Sequence record: NC_041884.1
DNA length: 64,000 nucleotides
Reading direction: 5' to 3' (one strand)
The stretch's first letter is position 1, and every line of letters starts with the position of its first letter. The notes beneath the pieces were generated by a model that saw nothing but the letters and a program-made list of their open reading frames with translations, did no database searches and was not told the DNA's origin. This document shows, piece after piece, positions 38,996 to 51,700 of the stretch. The translations under genes were made by a program, and so were the position numbers.

Positions 38996-41900
38996 TTAAG
39001 CCTTAAATAAAATAATATCAGATTTTAAAGAGTTTGAATCTGTAGTTAAAAAGGTAAAAGAGTTTTCACCAAAAACTTTCCAAACATAACTCAAATAAGC
39101 ATCTCCAGATGGTGATATTTGTAATGAAATTTGATTTTGAACTACTCTAAGTAAATCTGAATCACGTAAGAATAGTAAAACATTATTATTTTGAGAGCTT
39201 TTAATAGCATATCCTGAAGGAGGGTCTACTAAATAATTAACACCATCTCTTAATCCTATACTACTCTCAGTTGTTATATATAGAGCTATACTGAGTTTAT
39301 TTGTAGTATTTGTTAAAGAAGAGAATCTTGATTCTGAGTTGGTTCCTAATTTGGCATAAGCTCTATAAAATTCACCATCAATAGTTCTGGTTTCATCGCC
39401 AGCTGTACCATTAATAGCAGGACGTCTAAAAGTAGTTAACACTAAACATTTATTAATTCTGCTAGGTTGCAGACTTCCAAACCAAACATTGCCATTTTGA
39501 GTTATACTGGCATACTGAGTGACAGAACCATTTTTCATTTGTAAAGTATCCACGGCTAAATCTTTAATATTAGCTGTATCAACTTTGATACTACCTAAAT
39601 TAGCACTAATTGCACTTAAATCAGTTACATCAATACTTTCAGCTTTAATACTTTTAGTTACAATGTTACCACCATCGATTCTAGTAATATTACCTTGAGA
39701 GAATTGAAATGGTTTAGTTTGACTAGCAGATACTTTTTCAAGCATAAACCCAGTCCAGTAAGTTGTAATACCAGTATTTACATTTCTAAGATAATAAGAC
39801 AAATATGGATTAGTTCCACCAGCTGTAAACTTAATATACACTTGTTTCCAACCATCGGAAGCAGATAATACTAGATTACCAGTTCCAGTTCCCGTACCAC
39901 CAGATGAAGTAGCTCCTTCTCTGATAACAGCAGCTAAATTAACTGAAGTTGCAGTAGAAGAAGTTGTTCTAACATAAGCACTAAGAATATACTGTTGTCC
40001 AGTATCTAACTTAAGCCATGCATTAGTAGTGTCACTAGATGGATGCAAATAATAATATGAGTTTGCAGAAGTAGAGACATGCTTAAAGCTATTAGGACCA
40101 AATAATGGATAGTCTTGACTCAATGTATTTGTAGCTCTTTCACCATAACCAGAAGGAAGTGTTGAGTAATTCGAGAAATTATCTAAACCTCCATAAATCA
40201 TATTACCAGAACTTAACAGAATTTGATCTGTAGTAACTGTATCTGATGCAATCTTACCACCATCAATACTACCTCCGCTTGCAACCCATGCTGTATCAAT
40301 AGCTTGAGTAATCAGAGTTCTCTTTTCATAGTAAGTAGCAAAATTAGTATTTAAAGTTGCACGTACTACATCAGAAGTAACATTAAGATTAGACAACAAA
40401 GGATTAACTTGATTAAACAAAGTTGTATAAGCTGTGTTATAAGCATCTTTAGTTGCAGTAGCAATTCCATAAGAATCAGCAGTAGCAGAAATTGTAGTTT
40501 TCTCTTTTAAGATATTATCCCAAATAAGTTTTAACTGTTTTTTCTCTACAGGTGTTAATTTACCATCCGCAGCAATATCATCCACAAGGGAGTTTGCATT
40601 AGCTAAGTTCATAACTACTGTAGGGTCAACTTCAACTACTTTAGCATTAGCTACCCAAGTTGTAGTAGATGTTCCACCATTATAGTAATTCAACCATCTA
40701 ACTGCTATATGAGTGGTAGTCGGTAACATTCTAGCATTTAATAGAACATTTTGACCTATACCTTTCATCATAGATGCCCCAGTTCCAGCAGGCATGATAT
40801 AAGCTGTTCTCTTAACCCAATCTAAATGAGCAGCATGACCACCAGACCAGAAATAAAAGTTAGTATTAACAGCTGAATTATCAGCTCCAGTATCATTTGA
40901 AATACCATGACACCCGATAACAACTCCAGCTTCATTATAACAATGAAGACCAAAATAATCAGTACCAGCAGTATTATTACTAGCTTTCATCCATATACTA
41001 ACTTCATATGCTTTAGAAGGGTCTACAACAAATTTATCTGATAATGCCATAACATCACCAGTTGTAGTGATAGTATGAACAGGTACTGTATAACCAAGGA
41101 AAGCTTGATTACTGACAGTACCAGCACTCCATCTATCAACATTACCACTTCTAGTTACGTTATTAACTAAATTACCAGTAGTATTATCAACATACTTGAT
41201 CAAATCTTCAGGAGCAGGAGACCAAGAAGTATTTCTATTACCAACTTCAAATTTAAAATTGGTTATAGTTAATACACCTTGGAATGCATCTAAACGAATT
41301 TGAACTAATGTAGCAGCAGATGAGCTAGTTACTCCAGACATTTTCCCAACATAAAAGCCAGAAGAATTTGAAGCAGATACTGTAACAGATGGAGCTCCAG
41401 CTGCCCAAGGTACATTAGATAACTGAGGAAGAAATCCTCCAGTTATAGTAGACCCAGATACAGACCAATTAAAACTTACAGTAAATTCATCATTACTATA
41501 TTTTTTACTTAGATTTCCAGCAGTATCATTTAAATAATAAGCTGTTAAACTTTGGTTACCTGTATTGTTACCTGTCAATGTAATAGCATTATCAGTATTA
41601 AGGGCTAAGTTAGTACCACCAACAGATACTTTATCAGTATAAGTCTTAGCACTATCTGCAATTGCCTTTAATAGTTCAGATCTTCTTAAATAATAAGTGG
41701 CAAACCAACTTTGGAACGTACCTCTGGTAATATTACTTGTACTACTCATGTTGCTTAATAATGGAGGAATATTTGCATTCAACGTATCATAAGCAGCACG
41801 ATAAGTAGAGATTGAAAGTCCATAATTAGAAGCTTGCGCTTCATAGTTAGCTTTCTCATTAGTAATTGAGTCCCATTCAGTTTTTAACCATTGTTTCTCT

Positions 41901-42556
41901 AATGGTGTTAACTTATTATCTGAAGATATATCAGATAAGACAGAATTAGCAGTATCAGCATCAGATTGAGCTTTTGCAATACTTTGTAAGAAAGTAGTTG
42001 GAACTAATGAAGCATTGTAAGCCATTGGTGAAATAGTTTGACCGCTTACTGTATAAGCTGTAGTTCTTAAAACAGGAGTTAAATTCTTTTGATGAGTAAT
42101 ATCATATTTTGTCCCACCTCTTAAATAAACATATTCAACAGAGCTATTGCTCATTTGATTAATATTCATTACAGGTGATTGACTACTTGTAGTCCAAGCG
42201 TAAACAACAGTTGTAAAAAATCTATTAACTACTTGAGCTCCCCAACCCGATGCACTAGATGACCATTCAACATTTAAAGAGAATGTTCCAGTGTTATGAG
42301 ACGCCCAAGGAGCAGTATACCTACTTAAAGGAACATAAATTTTAAAGTTATATTGACTAATACCTTGAGCAAGTGCAAAGGTAACTGGATAATAAGTGTT
42401 AGAATCTAAGCTGGATAAATCTATAGTAGTAGTTCTATCAGATTTTTGTTCATCTGAAATAGCCTTTAATAATTCAGAACGTCTAGCATAGTAAGTAGCG
42501 AACCAACTTTGGAATGTTGCTCTTACTACATTACTTGTAGTAGACATATTACTCAA
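38996..42556 (-). CDS. tail fibre/receptor-binding protein; probably the distal part of the giant gene
   Basis: Begins mid-repeat (MSNMSTTSNVVRATFQ) with no RBS; DNKLTPxEK repeats, carbohydrate-binding-like modules, J-like IKAESIDVTDLSAISANLG. Confidence 0.8.
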   Translation of the reverse strand: MSNMSTTSNVVRATFQSWFATYYARRSELLKAISDEQKSDRTTTIDLSSLDSNTYYPVTFALAQGISQYNFKIYVPLSRYTAPWASHNTGTFSLNVEWSSSASGWGAQVVNRFFTTVVYAWTTSSQSPVMNINQMSNSSVEYVYLRGGTKYDITHQKNLTPVLRTTAYTVSGQTISPMAYNASLVPTTFLQSIAKAQSDADTANSVLSDISSDNKLTPLEKQWLKTEWDSITNEKANYEAQASNYGLSISTYRAAYDTLNANIPPLLSNMSSTSNITRGTFQSWFATYYLRRSELLKAIADSAKTYTDKVSVGGTNLALNTDNAITLTGNNTGNQSLTAYYLNDTAGNLSKKYSNDEFTVSFNWSVSGSTITGGFLPQLSNVPWAAGAPSVTVSASNSSGFYVGKMSGVTSSSAATLVQIRLDAFQGVLTITNFKFEVGNRNTSWSPAPEDLIKYVDNTTGNLVNNVTRSGNVDRWSAGTVSNQAFLGYTVPVHTITTTGDVMALSDKFVVDPSKAYEVSIWMKASNNTAGTDYFGLHCYNEAGVVIGCHGISNDTGADNSAVNTNFYFWSGGHAAHLDWVKRTAYIMPAGTGASMMKGIGQNVLLNARMLPTTTHIAVRWLNYYNGGTSTTTWVANAKVVEVDPTVVMNLANANSLVDDIAADGKLTPVEKKQLKLIWDNILKEKTTISATADSYGIATATKDAYNTAYTTLFNQVNPLLSNLNVTSDVVRATLNTNFATYYEKRTLITQAIDTAWVASGGSIDGGKIASDTVTTDQILLSSGNMIYGGLDNFSNYSTLPSGYGERATNTLSQDYPLFGPNSFKHVSTSANSYYYLHPSSDTTNAWLKLDTGQQYILSAYVRTTSSTATSVNLAAVIREGATSSGGTGTGTGNLVLSASDGWKQVYIKFTAGGTNPYLSYYLRNVNTGITTYWTGFMLEKVSASQTKPFQFSQGNITRIDGGNIVTKSIKAESIDVTDLSAISANLGSIKVDTANIKDLAVDTLQMKNGSVTQYASITQNGNVWFGSLQPSRINKCLVLTTFRRPAINGTAGDETRTIDGEFYRAYAKLGTNSESRFSSLTNTTNKLSIALYITTESSIGLRDGVNYLVDPPSGYAIKSSQNNNVLLFLRDSDLLRVVQNQISLQISPSGDAYLSYVWKVFGENSFTFLTTDSNSLKSDIILFKA

Positions 42557-42782
42557 GAGAGTTGGAATGTTACTATTCAGTGTATTATAAGCTGCTGTAT
42601 AATTTGCAGCTGATACATTATAAGTACTTGCTTGTCCTTCATAATTCGCTTTTTCATTAACAATAGAATTCCCATTCTGTTTTCAAGAGTTGTTTTTCTA
42701 AAGGAGTAAGTTTCGAATCACTAGAAATATCTGACAGCATAGCATTTTAGCTTGAATTCAGCTTTTGAAGACTTTTGAGCAG

Positions 42783-45700
42783 TCAGAAATTGCTAGCATC
42801 AATATCTTCTAAAGCTGGTTTCCATTCAGTAGCTTTATTACCTCTTTCGTATTGAACTCTAGAGATATAATAAGTACCTGCTGCTGCTGCATAGAGTACA
42901 ATATTAGGATTAACTGTAGTCTTAGTTAAAGACACAGTATATCTTTTCCAAGTAGTACTTAAAGGAACTACTGAAGTTCCAGTATGACCTTCATTAGATA
43001 CATTCAAAGATATAGCAGCACTAGCCTTAGCCCAAAAGGATACTACTATAGGAATCCCAGTTTCTTTTAATAAATTATTAAGAGTTCTGTAAATACCTTG
43101 TCCAGATCCAGAAGTAACCATTCTCAAACATTTAGTAGCACCATTTGGAATAGTAGTATCTGTAAAGATATCTACAGTTGGTGTACCATTAGTTGTCCAA
43201 TCGTTTCTATTAACTTCAAAAGAAGAGTTAAATAAATAGTTTCTACTTCCAACTTCAATTGAATCAGTATAAGCATTAGCTCTTGCTACATTTGCATCTG
43301 CAATAGCTTTTAATAAAAGAGTTTTTTGATCATAATAATTCGAGAAGTTAGTCTGGAAAGTTGTTCTAACAATATCAGAAGTGGTATTTAAGTTAGTCAG
43401 TATAGGAGTAATGTACCCATTAAGAGTATCATATCTACTATTATATAAACTTGTAGAAACACCTAGAGTATCTGCTTGTTGAACAAGAGTTGGTTTTTCT
43501 TTAACAATTTCATCCCAAATAACTTTAGTATTCTTTTTCTCTACAGGAGTTAATTTATTATCAGCTGCAATGTCAGATAAGGTAGAATTAATTGAAACAA
43601 TTTTATTCTCTGTATCTGCAATAGCAGGAGACCAATCTGTAGCCTTATTACCAATTTCTAATTTAACAGCTTTTGCAAATAGTGCTGCCGCTGTACCACT
43701 AGTTGTAGACCCATTATTATCTATTCGTATATACCCAACTTGACTAGAAGCGTTCGTTTTAAACGTCCAAGTGATATATTGATAAGAAGTTGTTAAGTTT
43801 ATTTTAGTAAATTGGTAAGGTGTACTACCACCTAACCAATAAATATCCATAGTAGAGAAAGCGCCACTACATTTAAACCAACCAGAGACAGTATAAGTTG
43901 TATTAGGATTTAAAGAACCACCATCAATTAGATAGCTAGGTAAGTAAACTTCAGTCGTACCTGTAGTACTTACTGTTCTTTCATCTCCAGAAGATAATAA
44001 TAAATTAGTACCTCCAATAACAAGATCATCAACTTTTTTCTGGGCACCAGCTTGAGTCTCAAATAGATCCATATTCATTACATATGATCTATCTGTATAC
44101 ACAGTCATATCTGATTCCCATGCAATACTCCAACCACCTTGGAAGGAATCTGGAGGATTAGTATGAGTAATAGCAGCTCTGTCAACATATACAGCTGGAT
44201 AACTCCAACTACCTGTTTTTTCTATAATAATAACAACATTCTTATTTGCATCCAAAGCAAAAGAAACGTTAGTAATATTAATACCTTTAGCTGCAACTCT
44301 TTGGTTAGCAGGAAAAGGATTAGTTGTAGTATAAGCATAAAAACCTATATCAATTTGAAATTGAGCATCAGTATTAGCAGTATAATTATACCCAGTAATA
44401 GTTAAATCACACATATAAGCACTAAGCTTAATAGGTGTATGAATTACTAAAATATTAGAAGATCCACCATTTAATCGAGCAGATGCTACTTTAGTAAATA
44501 CTTTACCAATTCCACTATCTAGTCTTTCAATATTATTACTTGGTATTTTAGCTGCATACATTTCATCTACTTGACTACTTAAAGTAGTAGGTGTTGTAAA
44601 GCCACCATTACCAACTCCATTATTAACAATAATATCAATAACATGGGTACCAGCTGTTACACTAAATGAAACAGGACTAGTTGTATAGCTAGTTGCACTA
44701 AATATTAAGTTACCATCTAAATAAATAGCATGAGCATCATCACCAACAAAATTACCTAAATTAATAGTTTTTGTAGTATTTACTGTAAATATAGCTCTAT
44801 GATAGATTACTGAATTTAAATTAGTACTAGTCATCGTGCTTCCATCATTTGCATAATAGGAAGACGTTGTAGGGAACAGATTAATATAAGAATAATCAGG
44901 TACTACATTTATAGATAAATAAGGTTGAGTCTTACCAGCAACAAACACTGCCCATTGATTAGATTTAGAATAATCAAACTGATTTGGTAGCATATTACTA
45001 CCGACAGATTTATTAATATTTAAAATCTGATCATTTAACGTAGCACTAATTTCAGCAGGATTATAACCATTTTGGAAATTAGTACTAGAGCCAACAGTAA
45101 TAGCATCAGCTCTTATTTGAGAAGCTGTAATACTATTTGCAACAATTTGAGAACCATCAATTACAGTTGTAGTAGTGCCATAAAGTAACCATTCATAAAT
45201 GTGATTACCGACATTAACACTATTACCATTACCATAAAGTCTAAAGTATCTAGCTGTAACACCTGGATAGAAAGCATCTTCAGTAGAAACAGTTTGGTAT
45301 TTAACTCCAGCACCATCACCTGTAGAAGGATTGCTTGTACTCCAACCAGTATTAGTAGAATTACCTGCAAAATAATTCCAAGTCACACCATCAATAGAGT
45401 ACTTGATTTTATACCAATAATATCTTGCGTCTTGAGCATACCAATATGCAATACTTTGAGTAACTGCATAAACAGCGCCAAGATCAACTTCAATATAATC
45501 ACGTTCAGTACCACTATTTGAACTGTTTCCAGTACCAAAAGATACATAAACAGAACCAACTTTATAGTTACCATCATTAGGAACAGTTGAAGTAGATGTA
45601 CTACCATTTGAATTAATAGTATAAGTTCTACCAGCTGTTAAATTACCAGCTTTTGATGTACCACCTTCTAATACAATTTTATCTGTAGTTAACGAATTAA

Positions 45701-48700
45701 TCTGAGCAGATTTAATTGTAGCATTAGCAATAAGAACACTATCAATATAAGTACCAGCAGGAACAGGTGTTCCATTAATAGTACCTGGAGAAGTTAAAAC
45801 AATGAATGGTTTTTTATTAGATGTTGGAGAACCAATGTAGAATTGATTTGCCTCAACAGCAAAAGCTGAAGTAGGTGTTCCATTATTAGCATCTGCAATT
45901 AAACCGTAACCAGCAACCAAACCACCCGCATTAACTTTAACAGCATACTTAGCTAAAATTCCATCAGGGCCACTAATAGCTTCATTCACAACTTGAGTTT
46001 GAGCTTGAAGCTCTGTAGCACTCTTAACAAATGCAGTAGCCACTTCACCTTGCTGTAACATAACATCTGTTACAATGAAGTTAGGAGCATACCCAGTAGG
46101 TGAATAAATAATAATATTAATATGCTTTAAATCTGCAATAGTTGTAAAAGTAAAAGTAAGACGACTTGGACTAGTAGTATTAATCGCTAACGAAGTACTT
46201 AATTGACTATTAGAATTTGCAGAGTTAAGTCGATGAATAATAACATTTACATTCTTATTATTTGCATCTAAAGCTTGAGCATAAAACGAAAGAGTATACT
46301 TAGCATTAGATAATAATAATTCGTTACCAGCACTAGTTATAGTCTGAATAAGCCCTTTAAAAGCTGTAGTTGTATCAGTACTATTAACTAAACACCAAGT
46401 CTTGCCATTCGTATCTTTATAAGCTGAAATAGCTGTACCTGAATTATTTCTCCAACCGTATAAACCATTAGTAGTATTACTAAAATTACCATTAGTAATA
46501 ATATTGTCACTACCAATACTTGCAGAAAGAGTTTTAATCTCTTGAGCAATAGCTCCATCAACTCCAGCTTGAGTAAGATACTTAGAATCAATTTGAGCCA
46601 TAGTAGGCTTAGCGGCATCTAGATTCTTAATGTCTGATTTCCAAGGGGACCATCCAGTAGTACCTACCGAGAATCTAGTATGAGTATTTAAACTATCACC
46701 AGCTGTCCAAACTTGAATGATATAACCGCCACTACTGTCATTCCAAGGAATTGTAGTTTCTAATACACCATAACCTGTAATGCCACCAGGAGAACCTATA
46801 GCAGAACCAGTTTTAAATTCTTGTACTTTACGTCTAGGATAATTAGCCCAATACCAACTTGGAGGTTGGTTAACATCTCTAGTATCTGGTAGTTGTAAAG
46901 CTTGCGCAATGTTAGAAGCAGAAATAGTTTGAGCTCCAGCTGCAATAGCTGTATCTGCGTCAGCTTTAGTATAGTAATTATTCATTACAGTACCAAAAGA
47001 ACCTATCAGAACTTCATTTCTATTTGGAGCATACATTTTATCTACTAATGTACTCAATAACTTAGTAAATCTAAAACCACCAACACTGGCATTATTGTTA
47101 ACGAGCACATCAATAATATTCCAACCAGCAGTTAATGTAAATGTAGTATCTACAGTCTCCATTGCTGAACTTATACTTGATTTAATTAAAATTCCATTTA
47201 CATATAAGCCCCAAGCATCATCACCTTGCATTGGTCCAACATTGATAGTTTTTCCAACAGCTACATATACTCTAGTTCTATAAGCACCAATTTTTCCAGT
47301 TGGAAGCGAAAGAGTTCCATTACCTACCGCTGTAGATTCTGTAACGTATAGAGTTGATTCTATAGAATAAGTATTAATAATACTATAAGTAGGAGCAACT
47401 GCTACATAAGCTTCAGGTCTTACAAAGATAACACATAACCATTTATTAGCTTGAGCAAAATCAGGATTAACTGGAAGACGACCATTATAACCATCTACAG
47501 TAAAAGCAGATCTTAACTGTTCGTATCTAAATGCTTGAGCATCATCTTTAGTAGTTAAAGTATCCATCTGACTTTGATAGTCAGCTAGAGTAGACTTAAT
47601 TGCTGGAGGAACATCATCATAGTCTGTTAAATCATATGCCTCAATAGAAGCTAAATAAATTTCTAAAGGACTATCTGTTGTCGGGCTAGGAGTAGAGCCT
47701 GTTGATTTATTGAAATAAACATGACCAGTAGTACTAAACGTACCAGTTGCGCCACATTCAATTCTTCTAATATAAGTCTCATATCTTCCTGTACCTTTAT
47801 TATTCCCAATAAATACATTTCGAGAGTCATTTCCAATAGCATTAGAAGCTGGCAAAACAGTCCACCCTTCAGGAAACTTCATAATATATTTTACTAGAAA
47901 TACAGCATTAGCTCTTGAGTTAATATTTTGATAAAACCCTGCCCAACCTGGAGAACTCAATGTTGAACTTGAAATTTTCATTTCAAAACCAGATGTAGTA
48001 GGATTATCAGAACTCTTTGCTACTCTAGCAGGAACAGTTCCTGAATAACCATTTACACTATTTGTGCCTACTTTAAATGTAGGATCTGCATATAATAATT
48101 TGCCACTATTAAATGACCTAGCTAAATATCCAGCATCTGATACATCTTTAGTTAAAGTGGTTGTAGTTGATTCTAAGTTAGTTATCTTAGTAGCTTGACT
48201 ACCACTCATACCAACAGCAGTATTAATATTATCTATTGCTGTTGCTGTTGAATCTAATTGACTATCAATATCAATTGCAGCTTTAGACCAATCAGAAGGA
48301 ATATTACCTACTTCATATTGAGCTCTACTTACATAGAATGTACTTGCAGCAGAACCATAAATTCTTACTTGAGGTATACCCGCACTAATTACTTTAGTAG
48401 TGAAGAAGTATCTAGTCCATGTAGTACTTAACGTTGCTTCATATGTACTGATATCGTGATCACCAGGAAGTAATCTAACTTTAACTCCAGCTGTATCTGC
48501 TTTTAACCAAACACTAAATGTTATCTCTGTACCAGCAGGTACATTATAAGGTAACGGTCTAAGTATTCCGTGTAAAGTAGCAGTAGTTATAACTTTAAGA
48601 CATTTAGTTGCAGTGGTTGGAATAGTAGCATCATTAACTATTGTTAATGTAGGAGTACCATTTGATAACCAACCAGTTGTATTCACTTCAAAAGAGGAGT

Positions 48701-51700
48701 TAGGTATTAAGTTTGCACTACCTACTTGTAGTGTACTCTTAAAATCAGAAATCTTACCAGCAGTAGCTTGATCAGCTTGAGTCTTAGTATAATACGCATC
48801 AATAACTGTAGCATCTAATTTAGTTTGAACTTGAGCAACAGTAGCTACAGTATTATCTGTGTCATCAGCTGACAATAAGGCTCTTACATGGAAACCTTGA
48901 ACCTCACCTTTATACCCAGAAACTGTATGGTTAATAAAGAAGCCAGGAGAGAATTGAGGATAAATATCTTTTTGAGAAGTTAAATCAAAAATCATCTCAA
49001 CAAATTGCCAATTACCATCAGCAGTAACAACTCTACTTGCACTCGAATACTGAGATGTAGTTCTAATACCATTAGGTTTAATTAATAACCAGTTAAAGCC
49101 ACAACTACCACCACTACCAACTTCTCTTCTCATCCAAACAGAAAATTTATAAGCTCTATTATTAGGAAGAATAGTTCTAGAATAATTCCAACAGTTAGCT
49201 ACTGTAGTAGGTTTACTAAATACATAAGGACCTACTTTACCATCAGTAATAGTAGTAAAATAGTTTGTTAAATCATAGCCATAGTGAGATTGCCATTCAG
49301 AAACTAATTTCAAATTATAATCAGCTGTTAAAGAATCACTATCACGAACAACCTCAAGTTTAGAACTTAATTTAGTATCAATAGCTGCAATAGCTTCATT
49401 AGTACCAGTCTTCGTATAATAATTATTAAGGACAAGAGCATCTACTCTAGGACCTAAATTATCAACTAAAGATTTAGTATTCATTGCTGGATACATGTTA
49501 GTAACTTGACTTCCTAGGGAAGTAGCTACAGATACATTTTCATCTCCAGTACCTTCATTAACAAGTAAGTCAATACAATGCCAACCAGCACTTAAAGCAA
49601 AGGTAACAGCAGTACCACCAGAAGATCTAGGAACACTATCATAGACTTTAGTGTTATCTACATACATAGCAACAGAACAGTTATTAGTCATTGCACCTAA
49701 ATTGATAGTCTTAGCAGATGTAACATTTACAAATGTTCTATATGCAATAAAGACATTATCATGAGTACTTGAAACTAAACTTGTACTACTTCCAACATAA
49801 TTAGAAGTAATAACTGTATTCGCAATTAAATGTTTATATTCAGGAATTACAGTTTCAGCTTCACCACCACGTTTAGTATAAACAACTTTCAACCATTTAT
49901 TAGGTTCTTTATCATCATATTCAGTAGGTAATGTTAATTGAGGATAAACAGAACTTTCTACTGTTGTAATACGTTGATTAATAGCTGTATCTGCATTAGT
50001 TGTAGAAGTTGCTAATGTAGTAATTTTTCCATCTAAACTTCTATCAGCATCTGCAAATTCAGTACGAACATTAGTAAAGCTTTGAGCAGTTGCTAATTTA
50101 TCTGAAGCATAAGTACTTTGGAAAGTAGTTAAATCAGCTGAAGTTTTGTTAAGAACTTTAACTATAGCTGGAGTAGATTTATCAAACGAAGTAGCTCTAT
50201 TACCAAGTTGTAATTGAACTTGTTTAACTTCATACCAATCACCAGCAGCAAATGCTCCAGAAGGAACAGAAATAGCAAATAATTGATTAGTAGATCCAGT
50301 AGCACCTAAATTAGCTACAGTTAATGTTCCAGTGACAAATTGCCAATTAGGAGTAACTGTAAATAATCTATTAGCTATAGTGGCTCCATATGAATATGCA
50401 TACCAACCTAATTGTTTAGTTACATTAGATCTAACCCAGAATGAAACGGTTAATGAATCACCTATAGCAGGTTTAGCATCCGCTACTAAACAACTATGGA
50501 AATAAACTCGTGCTAACCCATTAGTCGCATTTGCACTTACAAACGTTCCTCTATAATATTCTTGATCTCTATCGATCCAAGAAATTGTAGTGTTACCCCA
50601 TTCTTGAGCTGCAACACCATTGCTTTCTAGTGACCAAAGATTTTGACCACCAATCGTCATATTCTCAAACGACGATTTTACAGTATTTAAGGTGTTAGCT
50701 TGAGTATCGAATGCAGTAGTGTTTGCAGATTGATAAGATTCAACTTTTGAATCAATAGCTCTAATTGTATTTACAAAACTAGAATCAAATGGAGTAGGTC
50801 TTGAGCCTTTCTCAATTTTAACATTTCTGATTTCATAAGTACCAACTAATCCAGCAAATCCAAAATGAATACTTGGAGTTGTATAATTAGCTGCAAAATC
50901 ACGAACATGATAAACTCTTCTCCACTTTCCAGCCTCTAGAGTTTCCCCTGTAAGAGGTGTAGTGGCAAGATAACCCATTTGAGTACCCCAGTAGACACTA
51001 GGACTACCAATAGTACCACCAGAAGTAATACGTATATCAAAAGATACACATACTTTATTTCCAGTAGTACATAACTCAAATAATCTAGGTAACTTAGTCA
51101 TATCCATAGTACCACTAACGTAGTTCGCAGCAGCATTAGTAGAGACAACTGTTAAAATAGTTTTATCTGAATTAATAGAAGATGTTAATCCTGCTTCTGC
51201 TGTTCCAGCTGCAAAGAATTTTCCTGGATCATCATAAAGATTATCACCACCTAAAATCATACTATTAAAGGAAGTTGTTAATTGACTTAAACTTTGAGCA
51301 GTTGCACTATTTGCATCTGTTGAAGTTTGTTGAGCTTGTGCAATCTTAGCATCAGTAGCTGTGACATTAGCTGCAAACATTGCATCAATGTCGTAAGGAC
51401 TCTGACTCCAATCTGTAGGCTTAACATTCAATTCTCCATCAAATAATACAGCCCAATGAACGGTAGCTGTAGTTGCAGCATCAGTTCCACTAGGAAATAG
51501 ATAGAAAGAGATATTACTACCAGCACCAGCTGATGTACGAGTAAACGTAATCATTCTGATTTGCTTGGTAGCATTAATTACTTGATTTGCAGCAACAGTC
51601 GATAAACCCTGACTGCCATTAACCCATGCTCCAACATATGAAGTTGTATCAGCACCACCTCTTAAATGAGAAGCACAGAATACTAAAGTATATTTTTCTC

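Noticed and set aside
42660-42800. Treating the fibre-gene break as part of the CGG system
   Set aside because: No CGG is present; multiple A/G run-length changes point to local read error or decay.
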